NCBI RefSeq assembly: GCF_963921235.1
Contig: NC_086110.1
Coordinates: 44,640,001-44,704,000, forward strand
DNA: 64,000 nt
Origin: Mobula hypostoma
Lineage: Eukaryota
Reading direction: 5' to 3'
Position numbers and translations under genes: made by a program. Position 1 is the first letter of the stretch, and each line of letters begins with the position of its first letter. The notes under the pieces are model-generated. The model saw only the letters and a list, made by a program, of their open reading frames with translations, searched no databases and was not told the DNA's origin. Below, piece by piece: positions 12,348-22,258 of the stretch.

Positions 12348-15300
12348 TGTCAGGACATATAGGGGAGGCTTGACCCAAAGCAGAGCACAGAGACGATTCA
12401 GCGATGAGTGATAACTTTAATAATAGACTGCAAAAATAACAAGCCACAAGGGGCCACAAAACGAGAAGAACAGATACAAAACACCACAGGCAACAAGGTA
12501 ACTGCAGGCTAGGAGCAACTGTTCGAGGCTGGCTGGTTCATATGAGTGAACAAGGACTGTGGATGAGAGCTGGGTTTAAATAGGCTGCAGGTGACGAAGT
12601 GGAAGCTAGTGGCTGGGTGGAGACTGGAAGAGGCCTGGCAGGACCCACTCCTTCCTATAGAGGGCACCGACAACCCAGGATGATCTGGATAAGTCCAGTG
12701 GAACTCCTCGTTGAGTGATGGATCCAAGATGAAACTAGACAGCACCCAAGATTTCTCCAGGCTGTACCCTTTCCAGTGGACCAGATACTGCATACACTGT
12801 CCATGATGACAGGAATCCATCAACCTGGTGAACCCTGTACACTGGACCTCCTTCCACCATCCTAGGTTCTGGAGGTGCATGATCAGGTGGGTTGAGTGGT
12901 CAATGCATGAATAGGTTTAAGGCAGGTCACGTGGAAGGTAGGTGAGATCCTCAGGGATGGTGGCAGCTGGTGATAGTAAGTGACTAGATTGATAATATGG
13001 GTAATCTTGAAGGGACCAGCGAACAGGGATGAGAGCTTACGGAATTTGGTGCAAAGGGGCAGGTCTTGGGTGAACAGCTAGACATGGACCCCCGATCAGA
13101 GTAGTCTGGCTGGGCACCATCGGTGGTTGGCCTGGCAGCAGTAGGCACAGTTGGAAGCTAGGATTCCGGCAGTGGCAAGCCAAGGCCCTGGCAGACAGGA
13201 CCTGCACTATTGCAGGGAACAATAGGGGTTGGTAGCCATGAAGCACTTCAAAGGGTGACGTACCCATGGCAGAGCAGGTGTGTAGATGGCCCTGAGCAGA
13301 AACTTCTTCCATGTGGAAGGGTTAGAGGCAGAGAAGCACCACAGAAACTTCTCCACTTGCTGATTGGCTCTTTCTGACTGAGCATTAGTCTGTAGATGAT
13401 AGCCAGAGGACAAGATTACTGAGGTACACTGGAGGGAGTGGAAATGGGCAACAAATAATGGGCCCCAGTCTGACACAATATCCTGAGGGAAACCATAGAG
13501 GCAAGCTGCATGGTGGAGAACCAGGTCCACTGCCTCAGCAGCTGACGAGATTTGGGGAGGGCAATGAAGTGGAATGCATTGAAGAACCGATCCACCACTC
13601 TCACGATCACCATGGCCCTGTTTTCGACGCAACCTCCATCAGCTTTAGACTTATGGATGTGAGGCCAAGTACAGATCCAAAGCCATATTTAAGTTTGCTG
13701 ATGACACAAATATCATTAGCCGGATGAAAGGACGTGACGAATCAGCATATAGGAGGGAGATTGAAAATCTGGCTGAGTGTTGCCACAACAACAACCTCTC
13801 ACTCGTTGTCAGCAAGACCAAGGAGCTGATTATTGACTTCAGGAGGAGGTCCATGAACCGGTCCTCATCAGGGGATCAGAGGTTGAGAGTGTCAGCAACT
13901 TAGAGTTCCTCAGTGTTTTCATTTCAGAGGATCTGTCCTGGGCCCAGCACGCAAGCGCCATTATGAAGAAAGCACGTCAGTGCCTTTACTTCCTTGGAAG
14001 TTTGCAAAGGTTCAGCATGGCATCTAAAACTTTGACACACTTCTGTAGCTCTGTAGTGGAGAGAATATTGACTAGCTGCATCACAGCCTGGTATGAAAAC
14101 ACCAATGCCCTTGAATGGAAAATCCTGCAAAAATAAAAGTGGATACAACCCAGCCAATCACAGGTAAAGCCCTCCCATCATTGAGCACATCTACATGCAG
14201 CGCTGTTGCAGGAAAGCAGCATCCGTCATCAAGAACCCCCCCAACATCCAGGACATGCTCGTTTCTTCGCTGCTGCCACCAGGAAGGATATACAGGAGCC
14301 TCAGGACCCACACCACCAGGTTTAGGAACAGTAATTACCCCTCAACCATCAGGTTCTTGAACCAGAGGAGATAACGTCACTCACCCCATCACTGAACTGT
14401 TCCCACAACCCAGAGACTCATTTTCAAGGACTCTTCATATCATGTTCTCGGTATTTACTGCTTATTTATTTATTTAGGTAGTTAGGTATCTGCACAGTTT
14501 GTTGTCTTTTGCATATTGTCTGTCCTGTTGGGAGCAGTCTTTCACTGATTCTATTGTGTTTCTTGGAGTTACTGTGAATGCTCACAAGAAAACAAATCTC
14601 AGGGTTGTATATGCTCACATATATGTATTTCAATAAATGTACTTTGAACTTTGAACTCTTGCTGATGTGGGACCACCGCAGTCAAAAGACCGCTAGGGGG
14701 CACAGGAGCCCAGAGGGTCACTGGTTAGAGGAACTGGTCATTGAGGGAAGGCAACAACAAACTGACATACATCTGTGATCATGGTGGGCCACCAAAACCA
14801 GCATCACAGATAGCTGGAGAGGGGTGAGGAGCAGGTCCACATGAGCACCTCAGAGTGCACAGTCGCCTGAACCTACATGCGGTTGTCAGGTGTGTTGGCC
14901 AGAGCAGGCTCATGCTGTAGAGCTTGACGGATCCAGTTCTCAAGATCCCAGAAGACTGGGGAAAGGATCTACAAAGACGGAAAGATGGGCTGAGGGCTGA
15001 ACTCTATTTCATCTAGGTCAAACTGTCATGACTGTCTTAGTGCTCTTGGAGCCAGATTGGTGAGAGATGGTGAAGCTGAATTGCTCGAAGAAGAAGACCC
15101 AGCGAGGCTGACGTGGGTTGACTTGGCAGATGTGAGGTTCTGGTAGCGGATCCAGATCAGGAAGGGCTCAATGTTTCCAATGTCTCCAAGGCCCACTGAA
15201 TGGTGAGTAGCTCCCTGTTTCCTACACCAAAATGGTGCTGTGTAAAGTAAAACTTGCACGAGAAGAAGGTACAAGTGTGTGTCTTCCTGTCCAGTCCTCA

Positions 15301-17744
15301 CTGGGAAAGGGTACCCCTAGAGCTCACGTTAGATGAGTCCTTAGAAAGATCCGGAGGGGCTCGGGTGGCGTAGAATGGGAGCGATGGTGAAGCATACCTT
15401 GAGCTCCTCATAAGCATGGACCACAGCAGCAGACCAGGCTACCTGTGAGGTAGGTAATTTGGTGAGGGAGGTGAGAGGAGTGGCGATCTGTCTGTAGTTC
15501 GTAATGAAATGGCAGTAAATGTTGGAGAAGCCCAGGATCTGTAGCTGTTTGAGGGAGCGCAGTCTGGCCCATTCAACGTTGGTGCACACTTTTTCTGGGT
15601 CCATGGTTATGCCTTGGGGTGAAAGGGTGCAACCCAGGAGGGAAATGATTGGGGTGTGGAATTGGCATTTTTCTCATTTTCAGTACAGCTGGTTTTCGAG
15701 GAGACGCTGAAGGACTGAACAGATGTGACAGACATGGTCTTGGGGATCCTTGGAGAAGATAAGGATGTCATTGAGGTAGATGAATATACAGCTGTGTAGC
15801 ATGTCTCAGAGATCTTGTTAATGAATGCATGGAAAATGGCTGTACTGTCAGAAAGTCTAAAAGGCATCAGCAAGTATTTGTTGTGGCCTGTGGGTGTTAT
15901 GAACAATGTCTTCCACTCATCCCCCTGGCGGATGTGGATCGAGTTGCACATGCTCCATAGATTCAGTTTGGGCCCCGCGGAATGTTTTGAATGCGCTACC
16001 CATCGAGGGGAGAAGGTGAAAATTCTTACTGGTGATTTTGTTGAGTTCACGGTAATCAATGCGGGGGCAAAGCCCCCCATCTTTCCTTTTAACAATCCTG
16101 CATGGGCTGGGGACTGGGTTAGTTAAATGAAGCTGTGCCATGGCACTTCGGCGATGTAGACATTCGTGGCTTGGATCCCAGGAGGTGTGGTGCCCAGGAG
16201 CATATCGACTGCACGTTGCAGGCAGGCGGGTCCCCAACTCAGCAGTGAACCAGATGACCAGGTGAAGTGAGGGTCGTGAGCGGAGAGCCAGGGGTAACCC
16301 AAGACGAGAGGAATGTGGGGTGAGTTGAAAAGGAGGAATTGAATGGACTCGTGGTGATTTCTGATGCTCGCGTGCACACGCTGGCCATCCCGGACCCCAA
16401 GGGATGTAGGTCAGTGGCTGAAGGGGTAAGAGATACCTGTAGGCTCGGTCGGGAGTCCAAGCTGCACACACAGAGTCCAGTCCAGAAAGTTACCTGCTAC
16501 GCTGGAATCCACCACGGCCTCCTGTGCACGTTGGGGTATGCAGGAGGACAGAGAGAGTGATTCAGGCCGCTTTCTCAATTCCAGCATCCTTGCCTCTACC
16601 TGGAGGTGCCGTTTCCTGTACACAGTGGGCATTCGATGCATGGGTGATCAGCCATTCCACAGCAAGCGTACAAGTTGTTTCTCCACCGATGCTCACGCTC
16701 TTGGGGGATTAAGGGGGTTCTCTATAGCTGCGTTGGTTCTGGAGGCACTGCAGATGAGGGTCCTGCAGCCTGGAATGGTTTTGGGAGGGGAACTGGGGTT
16801 TTGGCTGGTCATCTTGGGGGCCTCCCTAAAAGACACATCAATCCAGAGGGCCAGAGCAATGAGGCTTTCAAGGTCGGTGAATATTTCCCGGGTAGACAGC
16901 TCATCTTTCAAGTGAGGCTGTGATGATAATGGGCCAGCAGCGTTTCCGCATTCCAGATGCACTCCGTCGCGAGCGTCCTTGAAGTCCAGCGCAACTACAG
17001 TGAAGTATCCAATCTGCTGCCTCCCCTCCACTTCCCAGATGGTCAAAAACCCACCGCATCTCGACGGTGAGGTCCTTGTATTTATTGTAAATGGTGGTTT
17101 TATTGTTCCAGTTAGAAGCGGCTCAGGTCAGGGCTCGTTCGGGCAAGAGATGACGAAGGCAAACTTGGCTCAGTCTGTAGAATTCAGAGATGGAAGGAGT
17201 TCAAAGTGCAAAACCCACTTGCAGCATCGGGTTGAGGATCACTGAAGCATTCGGGCAGCGGAATCCGGGGCTCAGAGGGACGAAGTTGGCAGGCGCGGGG
17301 TGGCTGTAATGAGACGGAGAGTTGGTTGAGAGTGGCAAGTAGATGGTCAATGGCTTCCTGCAGCTCCTCGTGTCGGCAGATGACTTCCCTTCAACGAGCA
17401 AACGCTGCAGAGTCAGTCGCTGGTTCACCCGTCCTGTCGGGGCCTGCAGAGGAGGCTTGACCCAAAGCAGAGCGGTGGAGTCGATTCAGCGATGAGCGAT
17501 AACTTCAAAAATTAACAAGCTACAAAGGGCCACAGAACAAGAGAGGACAGATACGAAACACACCAGTCAGCAAAGTAACAAGGCTAGGAGTAACTGGTTG
17601 AGACCGGCTGGTTCGATGGGTGAACAAGGACTGTGGATGAGCTGGGTTTACATAGACTGCAGGTTGATGAGCTGGGAACGAGTGGCAGGTAACTCCTGTT
17701 AGCTGGGCGGAGACTGGGAGAGGCCTGCCTGTGCAGGCCTGACA
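12348..17744 (-). mobile_element. Degenerate Sushi/chromovirus-type Ty3/Gypsy LTR retrotransposon
   Basis: Diverged direct repeats at 12348-12640 and 17435-17744 with TG..CA termini. Frameshifted gag (LKDELSTREIFTDLESLIALAL), protease (VVDSSVAGNF), RT (KDGGLCPRIDYRELNKIT, DEWKTLFITPTGH), integrase (GFPQDIVSDWG, SSGYHLQTNAQSERANQ) and chromodomain (QYLVHWKGYSLEKSW). Purine-rich tract at 12641-12660. Confidence 0.88.
13620..14655 (+). mobile_element. Rex1/Babar-like LINE 3' fragment nested inside the Sushi-like pol region
   Basis: KFADDT...YRREIENLAECCHNNNL...SKTKELIIDFRR coding remnants. Ends in AATAAA plus a (ctttgaa)n tail. Opposite orientation to the host element; boundaries approximate. 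Confidence 0.8.
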
Positions 17745-17800
17745 AGTAACATTACTAAAATTATTATATTTTCCTCTCAGCAAAAAATACCAATGCTCAC

Positions 17801-17875
17801 CGTAATTGTAGACTTCCCAGCGTATTTTCCATACTTTAGGAACAAAGGCTTTGTCATCTTCTTTTGAGCAACAAT
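17801..17875 (-). CDS. CPNE7: Copine-7-like coding exon (probable exon 3), 75 bp: IVAQKKMTKPLFLKYGKYAGKSTIT
   Basis: Acceptor ttttacag|ATT at 17876-17877 and donor ACG|gtgagc at 17800. Phase 0, continuing the previous exon in frame. Closely resembles CPNE7 IVAQKKVTRPLLLKFGRNAGKSTIT. Confidence 0.92.
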
Positions 17876-19532
17876 CTGTAAAATATAAAATCATATTGCA
17901 CAAAACTGAATGAATGAAATGTCATGAAAACATAAAATGAGTAAGTGACATTTCGGCCCATCGTGTCCTATCAACTATCAAGCACCAATCCAGACTAATC
18001 ATTATGCCTCAGATATGCTGCAGCTAAGGGAAATCCTTATTATTTATTAAAAATGATTACTGCTGGTGAAAAAAAATTAAATGATCAAGTAAAATCTGGC
18101 AATTATTATTGATCAAAGCATATTGCATTAGAATGTCTTTCTAACAATCATGTTAACCAATTAAAGGATTTCTGATTGAAAAACTAGAGCAATTGTTTTA
18201 TAATGTTAGACTTGGAGACTCTAGGAAGAATTAATTAATTTATGAGAACATAGGAGTAATAGAGTGTCTCTGTACATTTTCATAATATTCAAAACAGAGC
18301 CTCAATGGTCAGCATAGGTCTTTAACAAATGGAAACTGTGCATACTGCTGGCTCCTTTCCCCTGGATCTTGCTGTTTGATCCTTGGCCCTTACACTGTCC
18401 TCCACTGGGACCTGAACTTCCAGCAGACTGAATGGTAGAAGGCACTGGAAGGTCTGCTTGGCACAGGTGGCCGCCCGCACTCGCAGAATGGCCAGTAGTG
18501 AGATGATGTTCTCTCTCTCACTGGCAGTCAATGGAGTCAATATAATGTAACATTCACAAATATTCAAAACCACTAGGGACCTGTTCAAAACATCTGAAGT
18601 AATGCAGCTAGTTAATAAAAGCTCCTCTTGCCTTTCTGCCAGCACCCCATTTTCCCCACTCATTTGAGTAGGGGCACTAAATTACAATAGATTTAACCTG
18701 GTGGAAGCTCATTGGACAGATCTCTCAAAATGTCATCAGAGAAATGTGTGGAGCCATCCACTGTCTCATTGGACACATTGTAAGAAGTCTGCATTGCCAG
18801 GTAAGTCAGTTGGGAGTACAGTCAATGGGGCATAAAATGCAGCAATTAAGACAACATTCACCTTAAGCACTTAGGTTGTCATTAGAAAGAGGGGCCAATT
18901 AGAATTGTAAACTGTGCATGGCCTCTTCCAAGTGTAGTTACTCACCAACAGTCATGGAGTGATAAAGTCATATAGTGCAAAATCAGGCCCTTCAGCCCAT
19001 CAGGTTGTTGGTGATCATCCAGGACCCATTTACACTAACCTCACCATATTATTTATTTTGGGCTGTATAATTTTGGAAAATATTGACCTGATACTATAGA
19101 TGTAAGAATGTCCTGTCATTGGAAAATGAAAATCGCCAACTCTTCTCAGCAATTGCAAGGTACCGGTGGCTTCTGAAATGAATTGCAGACCTGAGAGAAT
19201 GGAAGTCAATGGCAGTAGCCCTTCTCCCATGTCAGAAAAGGGCAGCCAGATATCTTTTCCTTGCTTGAGGACAGAGACTCCTCCTCAGTAAAAACACGTG
19301 GCTCTGTGTGTCAATATCCTCTACCTTAAAGGGGTGAAACTAATGTGTGAGCTACTCTAGCATGTCAGACAGAAAATGTTCCAACAGGAGTACTGGCATG
19401 TAACTTGCTGAATAGAAGATGCATCTGTGCAGGTGAAAAATATATTGGTAATATCTAAAATTAATTTATTTGATTCAATCAAGCTATCACTAATAAGTTT
19501 TCCCCTTTGATACATGCACCCTAAGCTGAATG

Positions 19533-20457
19533 TAGAACCATAGAACCATAGAAACTACAGCACAGAAACAGGCCTTTTGGCCCTTCTTGGCTGTGCCGAA
19601 CCATTTTCTGCCTAGTCCCACTGACCTGCACCTGGACCATATCCCTCCATACACCTCCCATCCATGTATCTGTCCAATTTATTCTTAAATATTAAAAAAG
19701 AACCCACATTTACCACCTCGTCTGGCAGCTCATTCCATACTCCCATCACTCTCTGCGTGAAGAAGCCCCACCTAATGTTCCCTTTAAACTTTTCCCCCCT
19801 CACCCTTAACCCATGTCCTCTGGTTTTTTTCTCCCCTCGCCTCAGTGGAAAAAGCCTGCTTGCATTCACTCTATCTATACCCATCATAATTTTATATACC
19901 TCTATCAAATCTCCCCTCATTCTTCTATGCTCCAGGGAATAAAGTCCTAACCTATTCAACCTTTCTCTGTAACTGAGTTTCTCAAGTCCCGGCAACATCC
20001 TTGTAAACCTTCTCTGCACTCTTTCAACCTTATTTATATCTTTCCTGTAATTTGGTGACCAAAACTGAACACAATACTCCAGATTCGGCCTCACCAATGC
20101 CTTATACAACCTCATCATAACATTCCAGCTCTTATACTCAATACTTCGATTAATAAAGGCCAATGTACCAAAAGCTCTCTTTACGACCCTATCTACCTGT
20201 GATGACACTTTTAGGGAATTTTGTATCTGTATTCCCAGATCCCTCTGTTCCACTGCACTCCTCAGTGCCTTACCATTAATCCTGTATGTTCTACGTTGGT
20301 TTGTCCTTCCAACGTGCAATACCTCACACTTTTCAGTATTAAACTCCATCTGCCATTTTTCAGCCCATTTTTCCAGCTGGTCCAAGTCCCTCTGCAGGCT
20401 CTGAAAACCTTCCTCACTGTCTACTACACCTCCAATCTTTGTATCATCAGCAAACTT
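19533..20457 (-). mobile_element. CR1 LINE, 5'-truncated at the RT FADD motif; young copy
   Basis: Uninterrupted frame KFADDTKIGG...GYGPGAGQWD (19612-20457); (TTCTATGG)n tail at ~19533-19553. Confidence 0.93.
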
Positions 20458-21280
20458 AAGTGTTTTGAGTTTGAGATTAGAACTGAGAGTAGCAAAGAGC
20501 CTATCTGAAAGTAAACACATTAGTTCATTCTGTAATAATAGAAAACTTCCAAGTTTATGCAGTTAATGAGGAGCCTCAAGCACACCCTAGCAAGGCAAAT
20601 TCTGCGCATGGTTTGCCAACCATCTGGTCATAGTTGGAAGTTTACATCTACAATGCTTCCAAGTTTCACCATTAATATATCAACTTTGTGTCAGTGAAAT
20701 CAGGATGCATTAATGTGCACTTCAAGCTTCTCTCTGAATTTTTTTCTAAAAAATCTGGCATCAAAATTTTCTACTGGGTAACTCCTTGCTGATCATTTTA
20801 ATGTTGAGAATTTCTAATTAACTTAATGGCAAACTTTCTGGAAGTAACTGATCAAACCAATTAGGTAACAAAAGTATAACAGCCTGCGAATTCATCCTTG
20901 ATCATTTAAATATATGATGTTGTGATATCAGTAGATGTTACTCCATCTCTGAAAATACTTTCAATGACTTAATGAAAAGAATTTCTTTAGCAGAGTGCCA
21001 AGTACTGATGTGATTATATAAGGATAATTTTGTAGATAATTCTGAATTCATCAGTCTACATCTCCTTCTCCCAGTGCTCAATGAGTGATTTTGTTACAAG
21101 TTTACAGATCTATTTAATGTCATAGAACTATCTAAATTGGGAACTGATAATCTCCCTATGCAACAGAGAGCAATAATAGCAAAGCTATTTCTACTTCTTA
21201 AGCACAACTTAATTTTCAAAACTTCTGAAACACAACTTAATTTTCAAAACTTAACATCGTTCTGATTAAATATTTCTCTC

Positions 21281-22159
21281 TGTTACGAGAATACACATAA
21301 AATTAAGATGTTTGCTGGCCTGGGCTAGCATCAGTGGCATCAGCAGTTGGTCTGCCACCTGCCCTCAGGGGAAGGAGAGATAAGGAACAATGGAGCAGCG
21401 TCTGGAGATGTGTAATGAAGGGATGTGGGAGGAAGAGCTGTCTGGAGCGGCTCCCCCCCTTTGAACCCTGAACTGTTTGAAGTGATGGACAGGCGATACC
21501 CCAGCAGGGGGATAAAAAGGGACAGGTTCGCTAAGACAGACACACGCCACCCGAGGTAACGAGACCCTGGAAGCGGTGCGCTTCTCACGAGTGGGTGAGA
21601 AGTCCCAGACAACGACCAGGGTGGAAAGGTACGATCAGCGGGAACCCGGTGTGTGTCCGCCCTTGCCTGGGTGCCGGGTTCACTGCAGAGGATCGACCGC
21701 ATCTGGAGGAGGGGTCACAGTCGGTGACCTCAGGTGACATCACCAAGGACCCGCCCAAAAGCTGTTTGTGAGCCATCTCGCTGGTCTGTGAGCCATCTCG
21801 CTGGTCTGTGAGTGAAGCCGTTCTGAATGATGAGTTGTTCCTATTCTATCTCTCTCTTCCCCCACGTTGTCCACCGCCATGGCAACGATTACTGCGAACT
21901 GAACTACTAAACTGGACTGAACTTTGAGTCATTTTGAAATTGGTCATTTACCCCTAGACAACGATAGAGCTTGATTGATGCTGTTATCTTAATTCTGTGC
22001 ACATGTGTGTTTATCATCACTGAACTGTTGCATTTATTATCCTTTCGATTACTGTGTTGCTTGTTTCCTTAATAAAACTTTCTTAGTTCTAGTACTCCAG
22101 ACTCCAACTGAGTGATCCATTTCTGCTGGTTTGGCAACCCAGTTACGGGGTACGTAACA
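21281..22159 (+). repeat. 5' LTR (879 bp)
   Basis: TG...CA termini with short inverted repeat TGTTACG/CGTAACA. AATAAA near 22070. Carries a 20-bp tandem duplication (tgtgagccatctcgctggtc) absent from the 3' LTR. Confidence 0.95.
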
Positions 22160-22163
22160 TAAG

Positions 22164-22182
22164 TGGGGTTCTCGTCCGGGAT
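22164..22182 (+). promoter_or_regulatory. Primer binding site, tRNA-Pro-like
   Basis: TGGGGTTCTCGTCCGGGAT, starting 5 nt after the LTR end, versus the canonical tRNA-Pro PBS TGGGGGCTCGTCCGGGAT. Confidence 0.85.
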
Positions 22183-22258
22183 TTTGAACGCTAAATTTGG
22201 GACGGAGTAAATTGATTGGGTTAAAATTCCCGAAAGAAAGAAAAGACAAACAGCAGAA

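Noticed and set aside
12343-17749. TSD for the Sushi-like element (AGCTA vs AGTAA)
   Set aside because: Only 3 of 5 positions match; too decayed to claim.
17520-17903. 127-aa minus-strand ORF overlapping the copine exon
   Set aside because: It is in a different frame from the true 75-bp exon and runs into LTR sequence.
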